Assembly: GCF_041146345.1 (NCBI RefSeq)
Contig: NW_027191405.1
Coordinates: forward strand, 1-64,000
Length of the DNA: 64,000 nucleotides
Direction of reading: 5' to 3'
DNA from: Neodothiora populina
Taxonomy: Eukaryota
This document shows positions 52,327 through 64,000 of this stretch, piece by piece (positions within the stretch are counted from its first letter, which is position 1; the number at the start of each line of letters is the position of its first letter). Under the pieces are notes generated by a model. It worked only from the letters and a program-made list of their open reading frames with translations, was not told the origin of the DNA and ran no database searches. The position numbers and the translations under genes were made by a program.

Positions 52327-52926
52327 CCGTCGGTCTTGGTGCGCCACGTGGTGTGTGGCTTGCGCTAGTGATAATGCTACCGCTTGAGCCAACTTGTCGG
52401 CTTTGGCGGGAAGTTTACGACGCTCCCTCCACCCTTGATACCGAACAGGAGGAGGCTATTCATGTCGCATTATTAGTTGCACACTTGCGATACAACCTTG
52501 TCGGTAATGAGATCAGCTATAGCCAACGGGACATCGCGGTGCTTGTGATCTGACACTGCCGAGGCAAGGTGGGAAAAAAACATTCATGCGGCTATGAGCG
52601 GACTTACTACTTCCGACCACTTTGGATCGATGGTACGTTTTTTATCTGTTGATCTAAGCGATGCATCGACTCCGTTTGTGAACCTTGTAGCGCCTCGTAT
52701 AGACCCTCACCATTCGGCAACTCTAGGGCGACGTTGAAGGATCTATAAACCACTATCCCTGGAGGGGCACCATGCACTCACTCGTTATCACACGGAACCG
52801 ATTCCATGCTCACTCCGAACTCGGCATGGTCTGCTCTCTCATTGTCGATACTGTTTGACGTGATCTGCATTTTCTAAAGCAAGTGCCCAGTGACTCTACT
52901 CTACCTAGCCAACCACGTCTACAGCT

Positions 52927-54714
52927 ATGGAGAGTATATGCCAATCGCAGGGCGAGAGTGTCTCGGAGGTGCAACTCTCATTGTTCCATGGCCCCTCCGA
53001 CCCTCCATTGACGACTTTGACACTTGCGACTTTCTTGGATCTGCAATGCAAGTTCTATGGCGACAAGGAGTGTATGATCATACCCTGGACGGATACAAGA
53101 TGGACCTATAATGACATACAGGGGCAGAGCTGTCTTCTGGCCCGCCACCTGTATTCTGCAGGTATCCGTCCAGGAGATCGCGCCGCGATATTGGCAGGAA
53201 ACTGTGCCGAATATATGGCGGTATTCTTTGCCTGCATGCGCCTGGGAGCCGTCCTAGTAATTCTAAACAACACATACACTGCGGCGGAGGCTACATACGG
53301 CCTGCAGTACTCGGGATCAAAGATACTATTCGCAACTCCACAAATCGGCCGACTTGACAATAGCGAAATGCTCGAAGGGTTCAGCACGAACCACAAAGAT
53401 CTGCCATCGCTCCAGCAGATCGTACTACTACGTGGAAGTCATGGTAACATGACCACATATGAGGAAGTAATCAGCACTGCCCAGCAGCTTTCTGCAAAGC
53501 CTGTCGAAGACATCCAGCGTGATCTCAATCCATATGACGTTTGCAATCTGCAGTTCACTAGTGGAAGCACTGGAAATCCAAAAGCAGCCATGCTCACACA
53601 TCACGGTCTGCTTAACAACTCTCGCTTTATTGGCGACCGTATGGCATTGGGCCCCGAGGATGTCCTTTGTTGCCCTCCGCCTCTTTTCCACTGCTTTGGG
53701 CTGGTGCTAGGGTTCTTGGCAATTATGACACACGGCGGCAAGATTGTATATCCATCAGATATCTTTGATGCGTCTGCCGTGCTTCAAGCAATCTCGGACG
53801 AGAAGTGTACTGCGTTGCATGGTGTTCCTGCTATGTTTGACACAATCTTTAGCACGCCTCTCCCGGCGAATTTTGATTGCAGTAGACTGAGAACAGGTAT
53901 CATTGCAGGAGCACCAGTGCCTCGCTATCTTATGGAGCTGTTGGTGAATGAGTTTGGCATGACCGAATTCACGAGTAGCTACGGTAGGTTACTCGTGTTC
54001 ATGCATCGAGTGTCTGCGAATACTGATTTAATTGATAATACAGGTCTCACGGAAGCCTCGCCTACCTGCTTCAACGCGTTCACTTATGACACCATCGATC
54101 GAAGACTGACAACAGTCGGAACATTACTACCACACGCGCATGGAAAGATTGTTGACAGGAACGGACGTATCGTACCTGTAGGTACAAAGGGTGAACTCTG
54201 TATCGCTGGTTACCAGTTGCAAAAGGGATACTTCAAGAACCCGGAGAAGACCGCTGAGTGTATGATCCGGGACGACCAAGGCGTCTTGTGGCTGCACACA
54301 GGTGATGAGGCTGTCTTCGACGAGCAAGGCTACTGCAGCATCACTGGCCGTTTCAAGGACATCATCATCCGCGGCGGAGAGAACATATACCCTCTTGAGA
54401 TCGAAGAGAGGCTGGTGAAACATGACTCAATCGAAAGGGCCGTTGTCGTTGGACTGTCACACTCGAAATACGGCGAAGTTGTGGCAGCATTCCTACAACG
54501 ACCGTCAGATCGAGCTCGACCGAGTGATGACTCTGTGCGGGCATGGACCAGAGAAACACTCGGGAGACACAAAGCCCCTTCACATATCTTCTGGCTCGGG
54601 GAAGACGGCGTTCCTGAGGACATTCCCATCACAGGAAGTGGGAAGATCAAGAAGTTTGAGTTCAGAAAGCTTGGCGAGTCGCTCTTGCTCAGTAAGGCAA
54701 GAGCGAAGTTGTAG
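52927..54714 (+). CDS. sidI: Acyl-CoA ligase, SidI (mevalonyl-CoA ligase)-like; in-frame 60-nt intron 53984-54043; C-terminal PTS1 (AKL)
   Basis: LSLFHGPSDPPL...PWTDTRWTY, LQFTSGSTGNPKAAMLTH, PPPLFHCFG, SSYG|LTEASP, WLHTGD, GRFKDIIIRGGENIYP and TGSGKIKK. Its position in a siderophore cluster supports the call. Confidence 0.82.
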   Translation: MESICQSQGESVSEVQLSLFHGPSDPPLTTLTLATFLDLQCKFYGDKECMIIPWTDTRWTYNDIQGQSCLLARHLYSAGIRPGDRAAILAGNCAEYMAVFFACMRLGAVLVILNNTYTAAEATYGLQYSGSKILFATPQIGRLDNSEMLEGFSTNHKDLPSLQQIVLLRGSHGNMTTYEEVISTAQQLSAKPVEDIQRDLNPYDVCNLQFTSGSTGNPKAAMLTHHGLLNNSRFIGDRMALGPEDVLCCPPPLFHCFGLVLGFLAIMTHGGKIVYPSDIFDASAVLQAISDEKCTALHGVPAMFDTIFSTPLPANFDCSRLRTGIIAGAPVPRYLMELLVNEFGMTEFTSSYGRLLVFMHRVSANTDLIDNTGLTEASPTCFNAFTYDTIDRRLTTVGTLLPHAHGKIVDRNGRIVPVGTKGELCIAGYQLQKGYFKNPEKTAECMIRDDQGVLWLHTGDEAVFDEQGYCSITGRFKDIIIRGGENIYPLEIEERLVKHDSIERAVVVGLSHSKYGEVVAAFLQRPSDRARPSDDSVRAWTRETLGRHKAPSHIFWLGEDGVPEDIPITGSGKIKKFEFRKLGESLLLSKARAKL

Positions 54715-55169
54715 ATACCTAATATATCCTACAGAAACTAGATCGACAATCTATAACGAGATGACCTTGACTTTCGATCACCTCTGACAAAGTCTTCTGT
54801 CTATACCAGATCGTGTGTCTTGATGCGTAGTCAGAAGTCACATACGAATAATCCCTCGGAAGGGCTTATCAGCGCTTATCGCCGAATTCCGTGCACCTTT
54901 GGTCCGCTGACTTACAAGTACATGTGGCTCACCATTGAGCATGGTCCGCACGTTTTCGAGGAATTCCGTTTGGACTAATAAATCACACGTGTAATCTGCA
55001 TGTGCTGTAGAAATGAATAGTGATATATCACGTAAGACAATGTATATCAGGTAAGTGGACTGTATCTGTTCATCAAGAGTCTTCCATGTTCATTCTGCGC
55101 CGACTTTTGCTTCCAAGTCACAGTAGTTTTGATTACATGAAACCTAACAGACCCTCCAACAGGAGATAT

Positions 55170-56724
55170 CTACAACATTGATTGATTGCTTACTTGCGAT
55201 CCTTGCTGATTCTGCTCCTTGTTGAGAAGACGATCCGAGGATGCAATCACTCTATGTGCCTGTTCGGCTACATGCAAGAACTCCTCGTCACGAGACTGTG
55301 ATTGAATGTCAGTTCGAGGTGCATCAAAATGAATTCTTCGTTTCGGGTAGTGAACGTACCATGTGATCCCCAAAGGAGATCAGGGACCAAATACCGCATC
55401 CGTTGTGCAAGACGCCCTTCTTGATATTGACTTGATAGTCACGATCCACACTGACGGCGCCTTGCTCCATCAAAGCAGAAAGGGAAGATAGCAAAGACTC
55501 GCCCTGCTTGCGGTAACCCGTAGCTACAACAACCTTGTCGAATGATCGCTCAGACTTCCTGACGGCGCCAGTCCGTGGAGATTTCAACAGCAAACGGACA
55601 TGAGGTTGAGTAGAGCTTGGTAGTATCTCTGCGCCAATGACTTTTGCCAAGGGCTCGATACCAAATCTCCACTTACTGGGATCATTTTCACGGATCTTCT
55701 GAGCATAGTCCATGTCATATAGGCGCTCGAGAAGCTCAAGCGATACAGGACTGGCGTTATACCCCTCCTTCGCGAATATAATCTTCTTGCGAAGCTCAGG
55801 AGGGAAGAACGCAAAATCCGAGGGAGGAACATCAACCAACGTACGAGAGCTGGAACCATGTTAGTGACATATTCCAGGATCACTACCGTCGTTAATGACT
55901 TACAATGCTGTCTGGTCGACTGGTCGGAGTGAAGAATCTTCGATGAAGAAGGTTGATCGGTGGCCACCATAATGCAATTGCAACTCTTCAAAGATCTCGG
56001 CGCCCTCTTGAGAAGCTCCAACTACGGCTACGTCTGGTAGGCGGCCGTTATGTTGAGCAAAAAGCTCATTAGATGAGTCAGAGTGAACGACATATCTGGA
56101 CAGCTCCGGAGTCGCGAGAGCTTTGGGGATATGAGGCGCTAGACCTGTTGCGACCACAAGTCTCTTGGAGTTCAGAGTGATCAAATCACCCCGCGCAGTA
56201 TCTCTGTAGAGAACCGAGAAGCTTTCCACCTGCGAATCTGCCGACTTCCTGATGGGATCAATCCTCAGAACCTCGGCGCCATAGTTCACCCAGCCTAATC
56301 TCTCTATGTGTTCCGTTACCCATACCAGATAGTGACTCATGAGCAGCTTTGAGGGATGTAGACTGGACGCATTAGTGAAGGCCACAAGCTGGCCTGTCGT
56401 CTGCAAGTAGTTGACAAAGGTGAACTTTGATCGCGGGTTTTGTGTGGTGATCAGATCCCGAAGGAAAGGTGTCGCTACCTTGTTGTCTGGTAGAGACTTT
56501 GCCGGTGCCCATGTGAAGGCATCTTGACGCTCGAGAAACTTGACACTCCTCCCCGAATTGCGATCTGCCAGAGCTGCGGCTACCGCAAGAGAAGACAAAC
56601 CAAAACCAACACCCAGAAGGTCTATAGATTGTTCGGGATCAGCAGATCTTCCTCTGGGCCTTGCAGCCTGTCGGCTCGATGTCTCCATACTGCGCCTTTC
56701 AGAAGTTGTCACTGTGGCTGCCAT
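55170..56724 (-). CDS. Divergent L-ornithine N5-monooxygenase (SidA/PvdA)-fold flavoprotein; introns 55903-55850 and 55359-55296
   Basis: DLLGVGFG, FLERQ, NPRSKFTFVNYL, VVATG, VAVVG, VVVATGY and DRDYQV follow SidA order. Both introns are canonical and splice in frame to an intact ORF ending QSML. Confidence 0.85.
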
Positions 56725-57297
56725 GATGACTATTCTGCAAGTATACTATTGATGCAGTATCCGAACAATCACCTTGTGGATTCCCTGAAAGAGTGAAAGA
56801 AAGGGTCCCTGCTAGCACTGAAGGTATATGACGAGCTTGGATCGCCCGTGTGCAAGATGGCAACCACGCGACAAACACATGATACGATAGTGTAGTGCTG
56901 CCAATGTACCCAGTCAGTGATCCAGCCTAGACCATCGGATCGCGGTCGGTCCCGTCATCGGCAAGCAATGCTTCATGGATGCAAGCACCGTTGGGTTGGG
57001 GAGACAAGGTTTTTTTCCCTCTTGCTACCACGACATCAGCCATGCATGTTTACGGTGAAGATCGTAGCTTTGTGTCTGCAGCACATACAGTAATAGGGCA
57101 CATAGAGCAGCGGAGAGATCTCGGCTTCGAAAAGTTCTGTGCTCCTCCGCCGCATACAAGTAGACGCAAACCTTCGTAGCATGCAGCATCTTCCGGCAAC
57201 ACTTTCCATGTGTGGGGCCAAAACAACTAGTTCATGGCGCCGTCCATCAGACCGTCTTGAGATCAGCACGAGGAGACCTGCACAGGTCGAATTAGAC

Positions 57298-57492
57298 TTA
57301 TCAATCTGATAATTAGAATCAGCGGGTCATTTCTGCGAAGGTTCAGCTAGGCGAAACATGGTGGGGCTCGCGTTGGCTCTAGCGCGGCGCTTCGACGCGA
57401 GCTCTTCCATATTAGACGTTACATCCATGGTTCTGCCCACACACTTGACCCGTCAATGTGCAGGATGAAAAACTTATCAGTGGATCAGATAA
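57298..57492. promoter_or_regulatory. Paired GATA/SreA boxes upstream of the SidA-like gene
   Basis: TTATCA-ATCTGATAA at 57298-57312 and TTATCAG-TGG-ATCAGATAA at 57474-57492; two exact ATCWGATAA matches. Confidence 0.72.
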
Positions 57493-57918
57493 CTCATCTT
57501 CAATAGTCCCAGTGCTACGCGCACGTACTCTGGCTGCTTTGCTGCACGCCATCGAGCCTAAAGTGGGTATCGCCAAGGTCGCAACACCACGCCTACCGAG
57601 CTGCTGCTGTGGTGTCTCACGCTGCTAGTAGTATAGCTGGAAAATTCTTCCTCGGCGCCTTAATCTCCCACGTTACGCTAACACCATACTGTATGTGCCT
57701 GAAGAACACACTGAGGGTAGACCGAGGCGATGGATCAGGAAGGAGAGGGATTGTGCGCTACCGCACCAAGCCGCTGCCGGCAACGTCCGGGGTCCCCAGT
57801 CGTGAAACGATTTCTGGTAGCAGTTGAGAGAAGCGCTTCGACAGCTGGTAATGCTGCTCTGATTTAATATTATACCCAGGTAGCTATACGTTATGCTAAT
57901 CATCTCATCTAATCTAAT

Positions 57919-60900
57919 CTAATCTCCCAGCACTTGGTGCAATGCATTTGTGCGATAAGTCTCGCTCTTGGACAGCAACTCCTTGTGCGTGCCCCTTGCA
58001 GTGCAGTTGCCATCTTCAATCACGAAGATGCAATCTGCTTTCTCGATCGTGTGCAATCTGTGTGCAATTGCAATCACTGTGATTCCCTTCCTGACATTCT
58101 CGAGTGCATCTTGCACCATCTTCTCACTTTCCGAATCAAGGGCACTTGTACTCTCATCTAATAGTAGCAAGCGTGGCTTCCTGAGCAAGGCTCTGGCAAT
58201 CGAAAGGCGTTGCTTCTGACCACCAGAGAATTGTGAACCATTAGGACCACATCGAGTGTCATAGCCATCTGGGAGTGCAGCAATAGTGTCATGTATGTTG
58301 GCCATACGACATGCGTTCTCGATTTCGGCATCAGTGACATCGTGGCCAGGGCGAGCGCCGAGAGACAGGTTGAAGCGAAGAGTTCCCTCGAACATCACAC
58401 TCTCCTGGGGAACCAGGGAGATAGAGTCTCGGAAGCTCGAGTCGCAGAACTTGCCAACGTCTCGGTTGTCAAGCTCGACCCTGCCGGAAGTTGGTCGATA
58501 GAATCTTTCCAACAGGGCGATGATCGTCGATTTGCCTGCTCCACTAGGACCCACAAGAGCGCAGAATTGACCGGGCTTGATGTCCATCGTCAATCCCTTG
58601 AGAACTTGCATATTAGGCCGGGCTGGATATGAGAAGCGCACATCGCGGAAAGTGATCCTAGCACCTGTGTCAGGGGCAGCTTTGGCGATTGCCTTCTCGC
58701 CCATAGAAGACTCCAAGTCCTTCTCGTCGAAGCCTGAGCTCGACGAGCTGTCTAGACGCATGTCAGGGGGCATGTTAGACCGCTCCGTCTTGCCGATCGC
58801 TAGTAGATCCAGAATTCTAGCAGCAGAGACCCTAGACTTTGAGAAGTCCGGGGCCAAAGCAAAGAGCTGCCCGCAAGTTTGAGCGCTGAACAGCAGCGCG
58901 GGCAAAACGATGAAAAATTGAGTCTGACTGTATCTGCCTTCGATGATGTTCTGAGAACCCCACCAGTATGCGAGAGCATATACCAGGTTGCTAACACTGT
59001 AAGCAGAGGCGAGCCAGACGTTGCTCCATAGGATAGCCTTTCGCGTCTCGTCGTATGGCGGCTTGAGTTCGCGATGGTAAACCGCAACTGCCTCATTCTC
59101 CAGAGAGAAAATCGAGATAGTTCTGATAGAATTGACTGCTTCAACAGCTACCCCTGTAGCTTTTGCAAAGGCTTTCTGATGCTTCGCGTGGAATTTCGCA
59201 AACACCCGTAGACGCATCATACCGGCACCGATCAAAACGGGCAGTGTAGCAAGTAACACAACAGCTATCCTCCACGCGATGATGTGGGACAAAATGATAC
59301 CAGCAATAGTGTTGACGATGATAGAGAACAAGGTCCCCAGAATTGTGCCGGTCAAACCAGCCAAGGCATTGGCATCACTTGTGATGAAAGATAGCAGCGT
59401 AGCAGGCGTTCTACCCTCGGATTCGTGCCATTGTAGGTCTTGACCAAGTAAAGTGCGAAGGGATTTGACACGGATCTTATACAGAGTGTTCTCCGATACA
59501 AGCCCGAAGAGGGATCCGCTGGACACGTTGGCGAAGAACTCGATAGCGGCTAGGATGAAGAACATCAAACCAAAGAATGCTCCGTCATGTCGAATAGATT
59601 CGGCGGTATTACAGGTCGAGAAGCTGCTGATAGTGTGACCGAAAATTACAGCCTCGCCAGAATACGAACCACCGACAATGGCGCTAGACGTGAGAGCAAT
59701 GAGAAGATAGACAGCCTGTGATCTCGTCTGAGACACAATTCCTGTGATGGTTGACCACACGCCACGCTTTGAACCTGCTGATGAGTCTGCCGGTGCAGGA
59801 GCTGACAGGGCCTTTTCGTCCTTGTCATTGGGATCCATTTCCTGAGCAAGGCTTCGGGATTCAATCTTCTCGGAAGGCTGGTTAAATTCTTCCTCAACAA
59901 CCGACATTGCTTCGTCGACTTGGGTGATTTCCGTGTCGCTGATGGACTCGCCAGATGCTGGATTACTAACGGTCTGAAGTCTAACCATACTCGCGTAGAC
60001 ACCGTCTTGAGCAGTCAATTCTTGGTGAGAGCCTTGTTCAATGATCTTGCCACTGCGCATGACGATGATGTTGTCGGCGTTCTTGATCGTAGATAAACGA
60101 TGAACAATAGAAATAGTAGTGCGTCCAAGAGTCGCTCGCTCGAGTGCCCCTTGGATAAGACGTTCACTGCGAGAGTCAAGCGATGATGTTGCTTCGTCGA
60201 GGAGAAGAATTCTTGGTTCACGGACCATGGCACGTGCTAGAGCGATTCTTTGCTTTTGGCCACCACTGAGCTGACTTCCAGCAGCACCTACGGAGGTTGC
60301 TAGACCATGTTCCAGACGACTGATGAACTCAAGGGCGTCGGCAAGCCTAGCAGCTTCTTTGACTTGATCAACAAGGCTTTTGATCACATCATCAGCGGAA
60401 TTGAGAGCGTCGTGAATGTTCTGACCATCCTGGACGTTCTTGACGAGTCGAGCGAGAGAACCATCCATGATCTTCAAGACCTCATCCTCTGAAGCCTTGC
60501 GAGAGTTAATCAGGCCGTGGGCAATGTTCTCGAGAATTGATCGATCCAGCAGCGAGGGGTCCTGCTGCACGGTGCCAATGCAACCTCTAAGCTGTCTGAC
60601 ATTGAGTTCGCGCACGTCAACTCCATCGAGTCGGATCTGTCCTTCTGCTGGGTCATACAATCTGCCAGTGAGAGCAGCAACTGTAGACTTGCCACTTCCA
60701 GATTGTCCGACAATGGCAGTATGTTTGTTTGCTGGTATGCTCAAGGAGATACCTTTGAGGACAGTGGTATCTGGACGGCCGGGGTAGGCGAATGAAACAT
60801 TCTCGAAGTCGATTTGACCTCCAACAGACTCGATGGGCTTGCCCACTGTAGTGGAGGTACCATCAATCAACGAGTTGCGGTTGATAGCGCCATTCAATTT

Positions 60901-61991
60901 CTCGGCGGCAGACGCGGCAGAGCCGAAGATCTGCAAGAAGGGGGCTACTTGACTGAGAATAAAGGAAGCTTATCTTGTTGTCAGTATAGTTCCACAATGA
61001 AAAGAAACGGACGATACATACCATCGATAAGCAGGAAGATGACTGTGTAGACTGCACCGACCTTTGAAGCACCAGTGCCACTAGCCACACCAGCAGCAAT
61101 GTCCCTACTGCCCTGCCAATATGCTAGGGCGTTGGTAGAATACGCAATGAAGTACAACAGACCGAGCTGAACCGCAGCGGTGATCGCCTTCTTGAAGGCT
61201 TCTTTCCTGGCAACGTCGAGATATTCGGCAAACTTGGCCTCTAGTCGGGCACCTGCGCCGAATGCTTGAACAAGTTGGATCTTCGAAAGACTCTCAGATG
61301 CAATGGACGTGGCAAGTGCAATGTTATCTGAAACGCGTCCACTGTACTTTTTGATGAAGTGAGAACCAATGAATGTCATGAGAAAGTACGCGGGAACCAG
61401 AGAAACAAGCATGCCGGCCAGCTTAGCATCCTTGATGAATGCCACCACGTAGGACGCGACGAAGTAAGACACACTTCCGATACAGATACCGACCTTCTCT
61501 GAGGTACCGGTCTGGATAGCCTCGAGATCCGTGGACAAGCGAGACGAGACATCGCCGGCTGGCAAAGTGTCGAAGAATGAGAGCTCCTGGCGTAAGAGAC
61601 TTCGAAGGTATTTCTCACGAAGACGTCGGACAAGTCGCTCTCCAAGAAGACTCCAGCAACAACTGTGGATGTAGATGAAGCACCAATTGGCGATGGTGAC
61701 ATAGATGACTTGCAGAACTTTTGTCCGGACCTGGTGCTCTAATGTCGAGTGATCGGCTACAGTATCGTTGCAGCCGGTGCTGTTCAAGTTGTTGATAAGT
61801 TCACCAAAGAGGATACCGAGCAAAGGAAAGGGTATTCCGGTTGCAATGCCACCGATGACACCTCCACAGAGCAATATCACGTCGACGAAAGTGTATCCAG
61901 GACTCAACAGTAGCCGGAAATACGCAGTTGCCTTTCTCCAGGACTCGTGCAGTCTGCCCACCTTAGGGGCATCTTCTTGCTTCTCTGCCAT
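57919..61991 (-). CDS. ABCB (MDR/P-glycoprotein type) full-size ABC exporter; intron 61021-60969
   Basis: TMD-NBD-TMD-NBD layout with Walker A GQSGSGKS and GPSGAGKS, signatures LSGGQKQR and FSGGQKQR, and Walker B LLLDEATS and LLLDESTS. Confidence 0.95.
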
Positions 61992-62340
61992 GTTCAAGAA
62001 GTACGGTGAATCAAAGGCCGCAAACAGTGGCCTCAATCGCACTTCGTGGACTTGAGCAGATCAATCCTCCTCGACATACCGTTGTCTAAGAAGCAGAACC
62101 TGAAGTTCCAAGAAAAGGATAGCGGCATCGGAGCGAATTGCAAAATCGGCCCATTCTGTTATGACCATCATTCGCCCGCAGAGTTTGATGCCAGCCTGTA
62201 CCCAATGATGGCCGATCTCTTCGCTAGACGTTGCATTGCAGCGGTGTTTGACGAGAAACACCTGCGGGTTCTAAACAATCCGCCGATGCGGTGTGGTGCT
62301 ATACTTTAGCGTATTGCATCGGCCAAGACGGCAAACGCGA

Positions 62341-62349
62341 TTATCAGTT
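62341..62349 (-). promoter_or_regulatory. Near-consensus GATA box in the ABC/acyltransferase divergent promoter
   Basis: TTATCAGTT (reverse complement AACTGATAA) has one mismatch to ATCWGATAA. Confidence 0.45.
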
Positions 62350-62903
62350 CGTCTGATTATTTTTCATCAGTCAAAGCGCCAACACATTGCGCTAAGCGAT
62401 GTCGTTATGTAATCCACGTGCCCCACTTAGGCAGAGCACAGTACAACGAAGATCTTCAACAATAAAGGCAGCAGCAATGTGCAGCTAATCGCAAAGACCA
62501 CCGCGGTCCCTGTCGATACAGTATCTGCTATACCTATTAGGCAAAGTATTGTAGAGCGGAGATCCTCGATGGCATCATCGCAACAATACTCTTGCCGAGC
62601 TTACGTCAAGCAGTGAACCGACAAGCAACGTGATGTTCGGAACATTAGCGGTAGCAGACAGCTCTGACATTTGTGTGACTCGGTATTGCACATTGATAGT
62701 CCATCAAACATCGTATCGGTAACCGGGTGTATCATGCCGCATCATCATTGCACCGACTGGAGAGCGCTGCCGGTAGGAAGTATTGGGCTACGTCGATCAA
62801 TCACATGAAATGAAAGGTAATTCATAGGTAAAGCTTTCAATCTTGTGATTCATTTTTATTCATTGTGATTTTGCTTTGGTCTTTCCTCCCATCACATTTC
62901 AAG

Positions 62904-64000
62904 ATGTTCAGCCCGACGGTGCCATCGACGTTGTGCCTTCCGCATCCATATCTCACAAGTTATCGTGTCGAGCCGTCCACAAAAGCGAAAGCCACCGACC
63001 AATACTCGTGGCTGAGGATATCTCACTCTGCGGCAGACACGCCCTCGCAAGGGAGGCCGTTATCTGCACCCTTACATGGTGACATAGAGTTTACGCTTCC
63101 ACAAGATCCAGAAGACAACGACAGCGCGCCACCACTGGCAAACAACACCTTTTGGGCGCGCATTCGAAGGAGTCCGGCAGCGGTCATCAGATGGGACAGG
63201 GAAAATGTGAATCTCGGCCATTTGTGGTTGCTTATATATGCCACTTTCACTCTGAGGCCAGATAATGAATATTATCGTCTTGTCATGCAGGATGCAAAGA
63301 GCGAGGATCTTGCAGAAGAATTAAAGACTGTAGGCCTCGCGATCCAGCATCCTGTGGCGGCAGACTCCTCAGATGAGGGGAGCAAAGAGCTAGTAGTCAT
63401 ACGTAGCACATTCTGGCAAGGAGCCGGGTCTCCGTTCGGCGCAAGGCCAGCGTGGGCACCAGATACAACAACTGTGAAGACCACGAAGAGACCGCTCGCC
63501 GCATATCCCGTGCTACCGACAGACTACACGTTGAGCACTAGATTTCCAAAGGCAAACATCCATGCCTTTCACCCTCGTAGACCCCAAAAGCCTACGCCTG
63601 GAGAAGTCATATACTCTAGATACATCCCGCACCTTGGCGAGAACTTCAACGTGATTGCGTTGGACTACCATAATCCGGAGCATCTCAATCTCTTCCACAC
63701 GTGGCAGAACGATCCTCGTGTATCAGCAGGATGGAACGAGACAGGCACGCTGGAGGAACACAGACATTATCTTCGCACACTGCACGAAGACCCGCACACC
63801 TTGACAGTGCTCGCGAGATTCGACGACAACTTCTTTGCCTACTACGAGATCTATTGGGCCAAGGTTAGTGTTTTCCAGGAGACATTCAATACCGAAGTAA
63901 TTTGCAGCTGATCAGAATCATAGGAGGATCATTTCGGAGTCTACTGCGACGCAGGCGACTTCGATCGCGGCCGCCACTGTCTAGTCGGAAACGACCGCTT
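62904..64000 (+). CDS. sidF: N5-hydroxyornithine acyltransferase (SidF/IucB/AlcB GNAT family), truncated by window end; intron 63864-63923
   Basis: LPHPYLT, NNTFWARIRRSP, FWQGAGSPFG, HPRRPQKPTPGEVIYSRYIP, FHTWQNDPRV and YYEIYWAK|EDH...DRGRHCLVG motifs. SidF versus SidL is judged from memory of the N-terminal motifs. Confidence 0.8.

Noticed and set aside
53984..54043. Apparent 20-aa insertion in the ligase SSYG-LTE motif
   Set aside because: It is an in-frame GT-AG intron that the ORF track reads through.
57897..57925. (TAATC)n repeat at the ABC transporter stop codon
   Set aside because: Short microsatellite, not telomeric (TTAGGG) sequence.
1..64000. CRISPR arrays, rRNA, tRNA, intact transposons or a Starship captain
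   Set aside because: None recognised by eye; tRNAscan-SE and a repeat search would be needed to exclude them formally.

Overview
This is fungal (filamentous ascomycete-type) genomic DNA with short GT-AG introns; the species cannot be determined from the sequence alone. It has three zones. (1) 0.3-6.7 kb: a compact four-gene group of a secreted type-B carboxylesterase, a DUF3237-like protein, a cofactor-free phenolic acid decarboxylase and an HSL-family esterase. All four upstream regions carry CCGAGG sites. (2) About 7.7-32 kb: a gene graveyard with relics of an MFS transporter, amidase, FAD oxidoreductase, esterase, SnoaL-like protein, isocyanide synthase (DIT1/PvcA), GMC oxidoreductase, NADP alcohol dehydrogenase and bZIP factor. 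A few apparently intact genes sit among them, followed by a Dal5-like MFS and a Pho89 phosphate symporter. (3) 37.8-64 kb: a hydroxamate siderophore cluster carrying SreA-type GATA boxes and running off the right edge. It contains a ferrichrome-type NRPS (A-T-C-A-T-C-A-T-C-T-C-T-C), a SidI-like acyl-CoA ligase ending in PTS1, a SidA-fold flavoprotein that has lost most ornithine/NADPH-binding residues, an ABCB exporter and a SidF-like acyltransferase. The best candidate for an undescribed system is this cluster, which plausibly makes an exported ferrichrome with bulky acyl groups and includes a non-canonical SidA paralog. All family assignments come from motif recognition by eye; no database search was run.
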